Assembly (NCBI GenBank): GCA_030704615.1
Contig: CM060734.1
Span: 60,946,001-61,010,000 of the forward strand
Source: Takakia lepidozioides
Taxonomy: Eukaryota > Plantae > Bryophyta
Length of the DNA stretch: 64,000 nt
Reading direction: 5' to 3'
Shown: piece by piece, positions 1-15,000 of the stretch
Position numbering within the stretch: position 1 is the first letter of the stretch
How the letters are laid out: the number at the start of each line of letters is the position of its first letter
The notes under the pieces: model-generated
Told to the model about the DNA's origin: nothing
The model's input: only the letters and a program-made list of their open reading frames with translations
Database searches by the model: none
Translations under genes and position numbers: made by a program

Positions 1-3000
1 TATTTTCCAGGTGAGAAACTCAGGAAGTTCTTCAACTAGTTGTGCAAATCATTTCAGTGCACCGTGAATCGCATATCTTGTATGCACTAACATGGATGTG
101 CAACCTGCTTAAGTTCAATTTACAACTGGGGTAGCAGGTTGATTCAATGCCTTTTATCATAGTTACTGTCTGATGCACTTTCTTGCCCACATCCTGTTTG
201 GCGTTAAATCTTATGGACACTCTTATCTCCTCAGTGTAGCTGCAAATCTATATTTCTATTTGACGTGGAAAAGCTGAAATTGCACTCCAGATTCCTATGG
301 ATGTCAGAATGATGGCGTGAAACCGCGTGGGTCCTTGCAGATTCTGTTTGAGGGGAGATGACATGGAGTTGAATGCAAATTTAAATGGCTTCACTGTTGA
401 ATCCAGCAGTGGTGTAAGAGTCGTGGAACCTTTTGATGCAACTGTGAAGTTCTCCAGTGTATCAGGAATACAAAACATCCATGTCGGTATGACAGAAATT
501 TACAGCAATTTCTCCTTCAGTGTCTTACAGCTCATGCTGCGGCTTCAGGATGATATTATGTCATTCATGCGTATCACCTCAGAACAGACCACAGTGGAAT
601 GCTCTGAGTTTGACAGGATCTGGGCCAATGACAGTAAGTCCTCCCTACTAATTTCCCTGCAAGTACATAGCACAAGTGAATAAATTTCTTTTTTTGTTGA
701 ACGGTATTTTCTGATTGTGTTCTCTTCATGAAGATGCATGTTAGGCCTGAGTCAATTGATGTATGTGCCACAGGACTGGACGTAAACTCAGGAGGGCATA
801 ACATTGCTTTCTGGCGACCTCGACCTCCTCCTGGTTTTGCCGTTCTTGGAGATTGTTTCACTCTTGTGTAAGTTCCATCTGGTCGTCAGCTGAATTTTAT
901 GTAAATACAGAAAGCAGACGATGAGGTGGTAGAGCTACAAGTGTTGAGGCTCACAAGTCACCTGTTCCTTCTCACTATCAGCCTCTGCTTTGTGCAACTT
1001 TGTGTCTCAGACGGTGTAAGCTTACAAGGTCTAATATTTTGGTGTTTGGTCTCACACTTTGGACAACCAGGGATGAACCTCCATCAAAAGGTGTTATCGC
1101 ACTAAACATGGGTTTGGCACGAGTGAAGAGACCTGTGGATTTCAAGCTTGTTTGGTCGTCTTCCAAACTCTCCTCTGCTCACCGCAGCAACCAGGCTAAT
1201 GGAACTGGCAATGGAGACGACAGAGTAGATGAAGGAGCAAATGGTCTAAACCAAGCAGAGGAAGATGAAAGCAAATGGCGTGATGAAGATCCACAGGAGT
1301 GCTGTGTGTGGTTGCCAGTGCCACCCCCAGGTTATGTTGCACTTGGTTGTGTAGCTTCGAGAGGGCAGGATCCTCCCCTCCAGAGTACATCGTTGTGTGT
1401 TTTGGCTGTCCTTGTAACGTCTTGCAACATGAAGGACTGCATATACATCTCAGGCCAGCAATGGTGGGTTTCTGTTTGTGATCTCAATTGTAACTAAGGG
1501 AGTGGGAGTCTGTCATTTTTGGTTTCCAAGTGTCGAGTGAGATCAGGTCCCACTCAGACCTTCCAACATGGCGTATGTGCTAGTCAACCTCATCATAGTA
1601 TTCTTCATGCAATGTGTTTTAGAAAATTGCAGGCAACAGCTTCAATATCTTAAGGACATGTACTTGTCGGGACTTTATTTTCTTCTCACCCACTGTTGAT
1701 TGCTTAATAGATATTGTAGATAAACTGGAAATCATCTTCGAATCAACTCCGTGGAACTATGTTGATCCCCGGTCACTTGTGTGCACTACCCTCTATGTGC
1801 TTCTAAACTGCTTATATTGTCAGTCGCAATCACAACAGATGTTTGGAGTTTCAGAGCTCTCCATCATTCTTGAAATTGAGGCTAAGTTACATGTTGCTCT
1901 GCAATCTTCAGGGCAAGCAATTTTGTCTTGGCTTGCAGTTTAGGGATCGTCATTTTATGGCAAATTTGTGTTTTCAGTGACGGGAGCTCGGATTTTGAGA
2001 GACAATGGGCTTTCTGGCGAGTGGACAATTCGATGGGCTCCTTTTTTGTGCAAGCTGGAATGGACTCTATGACCAGATGCAAGGGTTATGAGCTGCGGCA
2101 TGTGATTGTTGGTTATGGCCAGTATACCAAGCCTTCAGCAGTTTCAAAGCCTATTTCAAGAGTGTCAAGTACTGTTTCTCCAATGATTGAAGCTGTGGGG
2201 GACCAGCCTGGGGCATCTCCTGGGGCATGTGAAAGACAATTAGCGCTTGGGGTTTCTTTGGGTCGGATCTCTGAAAATGTGGCACGATTCAAGCTGATCT
2301 GGTGGGATAAGGGTTGTGGTTCAAGGGTTGGAGTCTCTCTCTGGAGGCCAATTGTGCCACCCGGGTGTGCAATGTTGGGTGATTTGGTGGTCGCCGGGTA
2401 CGGATATGATCATATATCCACCTTGATAACTGGCTTGTTCATTTATTCACAGTTACAACTTCCAATCTTGGAAGCATTAAATTAAAAGCTGGGCACAAGA
2501 AGTTAGTAATATTGATTTTGGTTATTGAATAGCTAAGTTCTGGTTTTGGATTACTATAGAATAGATTTCCCATATAGCTAGCTCTCAGCTACAACCATAA
2601 GATTTCTCTGCAGGAATTCCTGGACAATGCCACAAAGGGATGTCACATTTCCATCTCATGAAGCCGTATTCTTGATAATGTGAATTCCGAGAGAGCCCAT
2701 GATATGTATCTAGAGTGTGTGCTTAGGTGATTGTTCAGAGTTTACTGTTTTCTATAGGTTATGCAATAATGAAAACATGTGGGAAGAGATCCTCATTATA
2801 ATTGTACTTTTAGCAGCCCTAAGTTCTCTTGATCCCAGCCTTAGTTTGTGGGGATTGAGGGTAATCTCTGGGTACTGACACCACTGGGAAAACTGCTGTA
2901 ACTTAGTTTTGAGAAGAGCAGGTCTGACCGGATTAGGAAGGTCCTGCGTGATTCGGTCCTGCTCCTCAACAACTGTAGGCATGGCTTTGACGAATTGCTT

Positions 3001-6000
3001 ATTTTTAAACTGCAGATACGAACCTCCAAGTATGGGTTTAGTGTTGCGCTACACATCTGCGCTTCTGTGTAAACCTCTACAATTCCAGGAGCGAGGTTAT
3101 ATTCCAAAGAGGAGAGGCATGGAGGCTGTTTATTTCTGGTATCCTGTCCCACCACCAGGCTACGCCACGCTCGGATGCATTGCAAGCAAGACCCCTTTGG
3201 CCGAGGGGGATGGTGCTGATACTGTGCTCTGTGTGCGCAATGAACTTGTCACCAGTGTCAACTTTGTGGCTCATTCTATTTGGGATTCTTCATGTCTTAA
3301 GAGTGGTAATCAAGTGCTGAGTATATGGCCAGTGGAAAATGAGGTGAGCAGCACACGATGTATGAGCAACCTTAGTGTTCTGGTTTCGCATCTTTAACCC
3401 AGATGTGAGCTTGTTAGTCTGCTGCTGAATTGCTGCAAGTCAAGCTACTTGCTGGTTGCTGTGGCAACTGGTCCATTTCACAGATGACAGTAATATCATT
3501 GATTTCTGTATGCAGTAATATCTTTGCCAAATTCCTCCAGAATCTCAAGTACTGATGGAAGATTTGAATGCTTCATGGGTAATGGGCATTCTATGAGTTT
3601 TGGTAAGCGGTATTTATTCATGTTGAGTTGAAAGTCATGTTTGTGTGGGTTTGGGTTTTTTGGGGTTGGTGTCCTAGAGCAAAACCTTCTTTGTGCGGCA
3701 TGGTCTCAAGCGCCCACCAAAGAGGCTCGCGCTCGACCTGGCTGACCTGAGAGGGAACACTGGACCAGACAATTTGACGATTGATGCAGAAGTGAAATGC
3801 ATCTCAGTGACCTTCTTTGACGACTTCGGTGGACTTGTAAGCCCCAGAATCTTTAAGAGGATGCTTAGTACAGACTGCTGTGGCAAGTTGTATTTGTTGT
3901 ACAGAGGGTTAATTCTGTTGACAAATTTCAAGATTGTCGAGTTTAAGTATTCTCAAAACTTCCTGAATCCCACTATCAGTGGATTTATTAATCAGATTTT
4001 CCCTGTTTCAAGATATGGGTTTAATAGTGATAGGAATTTGTTAACAGAAATTTTTTGTCGAATTTGTATCTATTGCTGGGCAGATGGCTCCATTGCTGGA
4101 CTTCACTGTGAGTGGGATCCAGTTTAGCTTACATGGACGGATGGAAGCATTGAGCACAACAGCAAATTTCTCACTGTTGGCAACAACTTACAACGGAAAA
4201 TATGATGCCTGGGAACCTATTGTTGAGCCTTGCGAAGCATTTGTCAGGTTTGAATCATTAGAATTGCTTCAACTCATGCGGGTTGGTTTAGTAGGCTTCA
4301 CAATGAAGTTTGGAAATCCATCAGAAGCCATGACTCAAAACATCTTTCCAGTTCAAACTGAAGACACAAGTGTTGCACTAAATGTAATGATTGTCTAAAC
4401 GTTTGCACTCTCGGATAGAGACTGGCAGATGGGAAAACCTGCAGTGGGAGGACCGCCTCTGTCCAGCTCGCACAGGGCGCAACCAGGAAATTCAAACTGA
4501 AGAACACTTCTTCTTCCATTGCCCCCTATACTATGAGATCCGTGGGAGATTCCATTTTCTATTCCTTGGAACCCAATCTCTCACTGAGGTCTTTCACTAT
4601 GAAGATCAGAAATGCTTGGCAGCCTACCTGCACGAGCATTCACCCTTAGACAATCACTAGAACAATAGTTCTTAACTCTCTGGTTTCCTGTTTTCTCTCA
4701 TGTTTTTCTTTCCATTTTGTCCCATAAGCTGTATGAGCTTTCCGCGGATGTTCTACAGCACCATTTCATTTCATTTCATTTCTCTCTTGTTGAGGGCCCT
4801 GCTTTTTATTTACTACTTCCTTTTGTCCTTTATGCTCTTTGAACTTCCTGTGGACGTTTCTAAAATATATATATCTTGCATAGATGACATTATGTCTGCT
4901 GTGTTGGTGTTGGCAGATTTGAGTATACTAGTGATCCAAATGATAAAGAGCTTCCAACAGTATCCCGTGTTCGTGTGAATGCTACGAGTGATTTGAATGT
5001 AAATGTTACCACTGCAAATACAAACATGTTCCTGGAGGCCTATGCCAGCTGGACAAATATGAGTCGCATTGAGGAGGGCTCCAAGAAACAGCTGTTGCAG
5101 GTTTGCAATGTGTAGCTTCCCTTCCTTTTCTTTGCAGTCTTTTGCCTCGGCTGGTCTTTCAATAGCTTTATAAGAACCTTTTTCTGCTTGCAGTTCTGGG
5201 GGCGAAGCCATCAAGCAAGAAAATATGGATTTCTTCTTTCAAAACTCTTTCACCATTTGGGCCCTACAATAGAATTTTTAAGATATCAAGGAACATGCAT
5301 ACTTCCAAAATGGTTCTCAAAATTCAGGGTTTGGAAAGGCAGACGAGTGTTTTCTCATTTCCAACCTCCAGGGCTCTCTAAGAAAGTGTAACTGTCAGGA
5401 TACCTTACAGTGAATCTAACAACTCCTCGCATTTTGATATGGGATAACTTCTGGTGCTAGTAGGTTGGTACCTAACAAAACAAATTTCCATGAATCAGGA
5501 CCAAAGTAGATCCAGCAAGCGAGCCCTTACCCCGAAGTCCTCACGTATAAGTCTGGGAAAGAAGGCAATGGACGTGAAGAACAAGAAGAGCTTAAATATC
5601 ATCATCCACAATGAGATTGGCGAGCAACTGTACCTTCGTGTTGTTGAATCCAGTGGTTGGCCTAAAGTTATCCCTCTGCCATCTGGAGGGGTAGCATCAG
5701 TGAAACTGCCCACTTCTCGTAGGATTCAAGACCCTGTCACAAAGGAGTCACCAAAGCGACCTCCTGTGAAATTTGTGGCTCTTCTAATCGCGAATGCAGA
5801 GGTGTGTTATCACTTTCTACTAGTTCTGGAAGCGTAGTATGGGGTGCATAGGTGGTAGTGTAAGGGTGTGTCTGGGGTTTCATAAAAGTTGTGCGAAGGC
5901 TATTTGGGCAATGTGGTTTTGCAAGTTGCACCTCTGAGTGACATCTGGGTAATTTGCCCATTTTACAAGTAAGTGGTCTGTTTGTAGCTTCCAGAGGATG

Positions 6001-9000
6001 AGGGCATTGGGGGACGGGAGTATATGGCAGCTGTTCGCATTGTACCTGCCTCCCCAAGCTCGGACAACAGGCAGTTGCAATACCAAAGTGCTCGAACTCG
6101 CTGTGTAAACCCAGATAGCAGTAGCCCTCCTGGCAAAGTGCTCGTACATTGGGATGAGGTTTTCGTCTTTGAGGTCCAACCTGGGGTAAGTTATCCATCC
6201 TGCCTGCAAACCATGGTTGCAAACTTCAAGTTATATTAGGTGCCTCCTTTCTCCTTCCAAGAGCACTCCTCAGCATCTTAATGGACAATTGGGACCAGAT
6301 TGTAGACTAGCGAGCTCAATATGTTTTGATCCTCATTAATTCAAATCTAGAACTAAGAGTTGAGTTGGCTAATGAGCAGGATAACAACAAGGCTGAGATC
6401 GTTGTGACTGAACTGACCAGAGGTATGTAATGCAGGATGTGCTGTGTTTGTTCTTCTCTGCAACTTCAAAATTTCAAAGTTTGTTTTACCTATTGTTTGA
6501 AGACAGAATTCTTATCTAATGTTGCTGTTATTGGTCATGACTCGCATTTCTGGTAGTCACTTATGAATCTCCATTTTAGGGCAGGTTATTGTCTATCTGG
6601 TTATCAGTCATTGGTCTGGCTTTCGCAATCTTCCAGGTTGTACTTCCGCACCAGCAACTTCCTAATCTTTGCCATGATGATTGATTTTCTGCTTGATCTG
6701 GGAAATAATAGACACTTAGCAGTGGGAATGTTACGTGCTATATGACCTAACAGAGCACCCAGCTTTGGCATTGGCACACCCAATTTTGAACAACAGCAGT
6801 AGTAAGAAGAGTTTGATCTAAGATTGATTGATGTTTTGAAGTCAGCTTACCCAGCAGAGTAGGAGCTGAGAGCTCTCTCACAAATTTCTTTCTCAACTCA
6901 TTGGCTGCTGAGAATTCTCAAACATCCATAAAGAAGAATTGGACTGGAGCCCCAAAATTTGTGGGTAAGTTCACACTGAACCGTGTAGTTGTTATTTACT
7001 CTGCGAAAACGCGGAAGTAACTGTGGGCGCTTCTGGATCACAGGCACTCCTCAGGGGTTTTGTTTGATTCTTCTGTCTGAAAACTCAAATAGAAGCTCCA
7101 CACTGCTTGGAGACGATACTCAGAAGCATGGTCCAATCCCCTGGTCATCACTGGAATTGAAGTCACATGAACTTTGCCGTACAGCCGTAGTGCAGGTATG
7201 CTTCCCCTGTTTTATCATTCTCAGGTGGCAGCTTTATTTTTATGATATGTTCTGTATTCTACAGACGATACTTAAAGGTAGCAGGGCTGAAGTTGCTAAA
7301 ATAGTGGTTGGAGATATGAGCCTCCTAAGGTTTCGCCCTGGCATGTTTTCCCCAGAACTCTTTGAGCCCTGACTTTTGTTGGACTGGTTGAAAATACTTG
7401 TAAGACTTTGAGAGGCATTTTCAATGAGGGTTCCTATCAGTACACCTGGGGTGGATCTTCCTTAGAGTAGGGTGGCACAGAGAAGTGTTAGACTAAAAAT
7501 TGGAACCTCTTTAACCATGTGTAGAATCTTATCCCCTCTTTTTTGTCTTTTGGGTAAAGAACGCACTTCCTTCATAAGATCTCACCCTTTCAACAGCAAG
7601 AACATCAAACAGAGGCTTCCTTATAGTGATTTACAGGATATTTCCAGGTTCACGGTGGTTCCAGGTCCTGTAGGGTCAATCCTAGTCGGTGTGGTCTGTG
7701 GTTCAGTAGCGAAGAGATGGCAGCAGGGCCATATGCTCCTCAATGTGTTGAATTATGTCCACATACCATGGCTGATTCCTGTGCTGAAGAGGATACAAGA
7801 TGAGTGTGCACAGGAGGAAAAACCCTGTGGGAGAATCACTGTGGCGGAGCACTTCTTCTCGGTTTCTGGAGACACAAATTTGGTTGCAGAACAAAGAGGT
7901 CAGGAAGCTGGAAGTCATAAACCAGGAGTTATTGAAGTGGCACCCACGGCGCAAGGGCCCTGGACTCAAGCTGGATTGAACTACGCATTGGGCCCTGCAC
8001 CTTGGAGTTTGGGAGATGACACTTTGGCTAGCGAGATTGTTGTTGAAGGAGGTGTTAAACACCTCATTGTCCGAACACTGGTACAGCTTCAGAATAGTAC
8101 CGACTTCTCTCTTGAGGTGCAGCTTTGTCCAGATTTCCTTCTGGAGGGACTAGGGGAAGCTGCCACGGAGGATTCACTTGATGCAAATGGTGCATTCACA
8201 GAGGAAGAAGTCTTTGAGAATGAGCGGTTTCAACCTGTTGCAGGGTGGGGAAGCTCATGGCCAGGTCACCTTTTGCCAAGCGATCCAGGACACTGGTCAA
8301 AACAAGACTTGTCCGGTTCCTCACAGGTATGTTTCCATGGTCACTCTAAAGAGCTGCTCCAGAGGCTCGCCAACTTACTGTAGCCACAGGAATCAACAGC
8401 ATCTGTGTTATGAGCACTCGCAACTACTAGATGCAAGATATACATTACCAAATTGCAGCCACTTCTAGGATACAGGATCGAATGGGTTATTCTTAATGGA
8501 GTTTTCCACCTCTGAGAAGTTGTACCATCACGGAAGGTACTTGACAAGTGCTGTTGACAGTCTTTGGCTTTGGGACTGCATAATACTCATTCCTGGCACC
8601 CACTACTCAGACCTTCCAAGCTCAGTAGATATTTAAGCTTCAATGTGACAGTAATGGCATAATTTTTTATGTAAATCTTTTTACGGAACGCAGGTGTTTC
8701 CAGAGGTGCAAGCACCACCAGGCTGGGAGTGGACAAGTGATTGGCAGGTCAACAAAGTGGCTTCTGTAGACCAAAATGGATGGGCATATGCCTTTGACTT
8801 TTGGACACTGAAGAAATGGCCCCCAGCAGATGGCTCAGAAAATACCCTTAGTTTCATCCGGCGTCGCCGTTGGGTTCGGTCCAGACAACGGATCACCAAG
8901 GAAAGAAGCAAGTGTCTTCATCTTGGTGTGTTGGAACCAGGGAGTAGCACTCCTTTCCCCATTGAGAGTTTGCGCGTGGGTGGCCTCAATTACTGTCTGC

Positions 9001-12000
9001 AGGTGAGTCCCTTGTCTTCTGGTCTTCCAGGCTATGTTGAAATTCCCATTCTTCAAACTCACTGTAGACAAGGCATTTACTCAAGTGAGCATTTTGTCAC
9101 AGTTTTTATGTGAAGATATTGAAGATATGTTTGTTAGATGGTTTGTTTTAGAAAGGGTAGGTTTGTTTTAGAAGCTTGGCAATCAATTTTGTATAGCTAT
9201 CCAGAGCCCTTGTTATGTGGTGCCTAATCAACTCGTCATCTTGCTGGTCTATTTGGGCCTGCAGGTAAGACCACACTTGGAGGTAAGCCACGGCTGGAGC
9301 CAAGTAGTGTCAAACAAAGGACGTTCAGAAATTGGCAGAAGACGGCAGCCCATCAAGCTCATCAGGGTGCGGGAACTGACAGGAACAGAAGAACTTTTAT
9401 GCTGCCCAGTTGAAGCATCGAGCAGTAACATGCACGGAAAAGATTGTTGGTTCTGTTTGCAATCAAAGGCCACCGAAATTGGCAGAACTGCCCGTGCAGA
9501 CCCTATCCTAGATTGGCGCCTAACAGTAGCCGCTCCATTAATGCTTGTCAACCTTCTCCCTGTTTCGTGTGAGTTCTCTGTCTCAGAGAAGTCTACAGCC
9601 AGGGGGCCGTTAGTCAAAGATAGAGGAGTGGTCAATGCTGGTGAAACAGCGCATATTTTTCAGACCGATCTTCGCAAAGCCCTGTATCTAACCTGGATTC
9701 CTCAGGGTGGTTGGCATCCTAAAAAGGTGATCTTTCCTCCACTTACACTTATGTTTTTATGAAAAGAATTTATGTTGTCTACAGGTATATCAATTAAGTG
9801 GTTGAGATTCCCTCTTAGGATGCAGTACACTCGACCTGATTCAGCTCTTTAGATATTAAATGCGAAGTTGATAATTTTACCTTCAAAAGTTGGACAGGAG
9901 GATGCAGCGATAGAGATGTCATTTAACCAGGAGTAAATCCTGTAATGACAGAAAAATCATGCTGTTCATGATATGATGGCAAGAGCGTAAGTCTGCCTCT
10001 GTGAGAGGGGCGGGGGTGTTGAATCAGAAGGGCACCTTCATTGAAGTGAGGCAGAGACAGCTTTGTACCCTAACCCTTTGATGACATGTTTGGTTTGTGT
10101 TCCAAAGGAGGCGGTCCTCATTTCCCACCCATTCAGACAGCCGGCATCTCACATCACTGTCATTAATGCAGTGACTGGCAGGTGAGACTGCTGACATATA
10201 TTGAGGTTCTTTCTGTCACAGAGGCCTCATTGGATTTCATGTTTTACTCTGATGTTCTTGGCCCTTCTACATAGGATGGTGATCTGTCCTACAGGGAAAA
10301 TGCCTCTTATACTGATAGGAACCATTGTGCAATGCCTTTGGAAGGTGGTTTGGGCTTGGGAACAACTTGGGTGCACCTTTCTGAAAGGTTATGATTCACC
10401 TAGAGTTGTCTGAGGTGAGCACCCTTCAGTATAGCAAGTGTTTTAGCAAGGGGACGGGTTTGAATATTTCTCAAGTAACGGATTCTTTGGAGCTGCATAT
10501 AAATGGGAATTCTGATCATGATGTACGCTTTGGTGAAGTGTCAGTTTCACTGAAGGTTGTTTTTTGTGAAATATAGCTTAAAGATTAGAAGCAGTGCAAT
10601 GTGCAGCCCATAGAGCACTGGAATCCAGACTTTGGGAGTTATTGGTGAATGCTGAAGTGCTGGGGCCAAAGAAGTGAACACAAATAACAGATTTGTGTGT
10701 GATATGCTTGATCTATGCATTTCTATGCATGGTTATATTAGACTTTTGTGTTTCAATTTATGTTTTACCGACTGGCAGGAAACTGAGGATCCAGATTCAA
10801 CAAAACGATGATGAGAAGGGAGTTGCTGCCAAGATGGTTCAGCTTTATGTGCCATGCTGGCTTGATAGCAGAAAGTGCCCACCTTTGAAGTACAGATTTA
10901 TGATCATTGAGCAGCAAACAGACAAGAAGTCCGGGCATGTTGTAGAGATGGGAATAAAGCTGAAGAATTTGGTGGAGGAGATTGATCACGAGGAGATGGA
11001 AAATCGTCCCGCAATGCTTTCTGCTATTGATTGCAAAATTACAGGGCTATCCGTGGCTTTGGCTGCTCCTGTAATCATGGAGTTTGGGGATGTTGCACCC
11101 CTGCTTCCCCTGGATGAGGCGGTAAGGGCATCTGATTGTGAATAACACCTAGCACAACACATGATGAATGTAGTCCAAAGTGTACTTAGCCAGTGGAGCC
11201 AAGCCATAAGCATCAAAGTTGAGACATTGCCATAAGTCCTCTCCTCACATCTTCTTGTGCAGCTGCCTTCTTTCTTACTTGGTACATTGCTTGTGTTCTG
11301 AAGAGAAGACGGCGTAATGCCCAGTAATTGTGATCGAATCATGCCACCTTGACAGATAGTTTATCCTTTTCCTTTCCATTTCTTTGATCCTGGTTTCTAC
11401 ATCACCCCTGTGAAAGCATGTTGCAGGATGGAAGTGTTGAGTTGAGAGCACCCGACGAGCAGGGTTCATACTTCAGATTTTTGGTCACAACAACTTCTTG
11501 TCCCTTCCATTTTGCACAGACAAAGGTACTAAAGGCAGGTTTATGAAATGTGTAGCAGTTCTGAGGGGTGACATGTCACAGTCTAAGAGTCTGAGGGGCT
11601 CCATGTTGCCTTGGGCATGCTGCCCCATGTCCATGTAGCAGATTGATAATTTAAAATTGTGACGATATATGTAGGCCTTAGCAATCCATGGACACTTGCA
11701 TGGAGAGGCATCCGTTGGTCGTTTGTGCTAATGCAATTGAAATTACTCAAGATAGCCATTGGCTTGACCATGTTTAGCCCTAGCCAAGCTGCATACTATG
11801 AGTTTCATCAAGATGAGCTCTCATGGTGCAACTGTTGCTCCAAGCTGTCCATTTCTTTACCTGAATCACTCAGAACAGTCGTGCTTAAGGAAAAGTTTTC
11901 TTTGATTTTAAAGCTTCTGAACATGCAGTATCCCTGAAATTGTGCGAAGTCCAAGATGCTCTCTTAGCAGAGGAGCATCTGTACACATAATTTAAGGTAG

Positions 12001-15000
12001 CTTTAAACTTACTGACAAGACTTACTGATTCTGTTGCGGCAGGTTTTGCAAATCCGACCATATCTGATTTTCACGAATAGGCTTGGGCAAGTGCTTAATC
12101 TGAAGCAAAACGGAATGGACCACATAAAGACCCTTGGACCTTCTGATTGGAGAGTGTCTTTCCCATTTCCTGAGGCTGAGGATCCAGTTATGCTGCAGGT
12201 GAGTGAAAAGTGATCGTCTATCATGACTCCATGGTGTAATATTTCCTCATCTCTTTCTTCTCACCTCCACTTGAGGGCTCTTCTCCCTTACCCTGGACCC
12301 TCATGGCCCTTGTGGATGTTATGAAGTTTCTTTCTTTGCTCAGTTGTGGGAAAGAGAGTCTCAATGTGGAACTGTACAGAGAATCATGAAAGATTTGATA
12401 TAGATGTCTACAAGGGTAATTTAAGACAGCTGAACCAAATCACAAGTAAGGTCTGGCTTGATCCAAGGAGCAAGGGCTCCTGTACTTGGATACAAGGCTT
12501 ATATTGAAATCAAGATTAGGCTCTCTGAAGGCCAGTCCTATGGAGTGCCACATATTTGAACCCATGCACCCAAGTGGGTATGATATTTAGTATTGTCCAC
12601 CTTTTACAGGTTGAGGGTCTCTTGTGTGGTTTTACCTTATTCTATGCACCATTTTTGAAATGGTGTTTTCGAAATCAAGGCTGCCCTTCTGAATTCTGAG
12701 GTGAATTTATTGGGACCTTCATTGAAGACAAATCTTCCCACAACTGTTGAACCCATGCACCCAAGTGGGTATGATATTTAGTATTGTCCACCTTTTACAG
12801 GCTGAGGGCTTCTCATATGGTTTTTTACCTTATTCTATGCATCATTTTCGAAATATTGTCATTTCGAAATCAAGGCTCCCCTTCTGAATTCTGGGGTGAA
12901 ATTATTGGAACCTTTATTGGAGACATTTCTGAATCTTCGCACAACTGTCGAAGCCATCAGAAATTTTGGTGACCTAGTGACTCCCCTCCCCTTCCCCCTC
13001 CTCTTTTGCTCTCCTTTGATAATGCTTACTAACACAAGCACAGTCCAAGTGGGTACCCTGGAAGTACAAAACCAGGTCAATATGGAATGTGTATTCTAAC
13101 TTCTAGTGAGTTTCAGTTTCTATTGCAAAACTGTATATATTTTGAACACCCTCACTTCCGGGATTCATAGCCAAGGTCTTGGTCTGTTTAAGGCAAAGGT
13201 CTTTTGTATTTGTGGTTTATTGACTAAAAAATTTCTTTTGTGTAAGGTCATTCAAGTGATGAATGTGATGATATGATTGCCGCAGATCCAATTGGACAGG
13301 TCACAGTGGTCATACCCAATTGTGATCCAAAAGGAAGAGTCCTTCCAGATTGCTTTGCGCTGTGACAATGGAGCTAGGAAACATGTACACGTGGATATTC
13401 GTGGCTATGAAGACGGCTCCAGATTTTTGGTTGTTTTGCAGCTTGGTTCTTCACGTGGACCTTACAAGTGATTAAATTTCCATACCTTCATAACTGCAAC
13501 CATGTGTATATTACTTGCTCAGGCAATTTCTTAATTGTTTCGTTGAGTGTTGGAAATACCAATTGGAGGAGAACTGTGATACGAGCCCACAGCTAAGCAA
13601 ATCAACCAAAGCTCCATGGACATTCAGAGTCTAATTTTTCTCCTTGGTCTCACTGTAAGCATTCATTGGTGGAGAAAAAAAGTAGGTGTAACATATTCCT
13701 TTGTTTCAGGCCTTATTCTATGCTCCAGATTGAAGGTACTAAAATTTTACCCTGCATACCAGGATTGAAAATCACACCAAGTTTTGGCGAATCAAATTTC
13801 AGCAAGTGGGGCTTGATGAGAATGCATGGCAATCTCTGCGGCCCCACTCCACGACATCATTTGCTTGGGAGAATCCTCAAGGGGAGCAATGCCTTGAAGT
13901 GCTGATAGACGATGAAAGTCCATGCCAGAGTGCAAAGCTTGACATCAATAAGTTTGGCGACCATCCTATATTGACATGTGACGGGGTTCAGTCAACACAC
14001 GTCTGTGTCCATGTCTTCGAAATCGGGGAGGTGAAAATAGTCCGGTTTTTCGACCGTGAAGTAGAACTTGCAAGAGAATTAGAGGATGGGCAAGAGATTA
14101 CATCACTAGTGGCAACTCAAGGAGCTGCAGAGCTGCTGCAGGTGGAAGAAGACGACAAAGTGGAAAACAAAGTGTTGCAATTTGAAGTTGTTTTTGATGT
14201 TGGAAAATTCGGATTGTCTGTGATCAACCAAAAGCCTGAGGAGATCCTGTTCTTGTCCATGGTGAAAGTCAACCTTACCTACTCATCAGGATTTGGAGAG
14301 AATGTCAGCAGGTACCACCTTCAACCAACTATGCGGGGTAGCCCCTCTTGGGCCTCCTGTGAGTGTCATGGGTATTGTTCTTTTCTCTGTTTTTGAAGTA
14401 TTGTGAGGATAAAGGTGAACATCGCAAACAAACTTCTTAAACCAAAAACCTCTCAGAGGAAACCACCATCTAAAATTTTGTGCTAGATTGGCGGTCAGCA
14501 CTCCTGAGCAAACACTTTTGTCGTTGCAATTATATCTCTTGGTGGTACGCACAGAAGCGGATTAGATGTATGGACCAGTGTTTTGTTAGGGAACCATGGA
14601 TGGGCCTATTTCTCTCTTTTTGTCTCTTCATTCTTTTGTTGTCCTACATTGGGCTCCGTGTCCTCAAAGGCCCCTGTGGATATGATTTTTGGCATGCTTT
14701 CATTTCACTTCTTTTCTCTCCCATTCAGCTTTGAGGACTACTAATGCCTGCCAGCTTACCTGCATGAGGCTCTTCGTCTTCAGGCAACGTGTGGAGTTCC
14801 TTGCTGTGGTTTAGCTTGTTGTCCTACTTTGCCCTTGCATTAGGAAGTTTCTTATAAAGCACCATTTCATTTCTTTCCTTTTGTCCCATAAGCTCTTTGA
14901 GCTTTCTGCAGATGTTATAAATTTCCATTTCATTTCATTTGCTTTTGGGCTGCTTCTGGCTCCACTCTGTCTTGAATTCTTTCTTGTTTCTTGTTTGTGT

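Noticed and set aside
7472-7790. N-terminal extension of the 303-aa ORF
   Set aside because: It reads through intron sequence. VPS13-like coding starts only further downstream.
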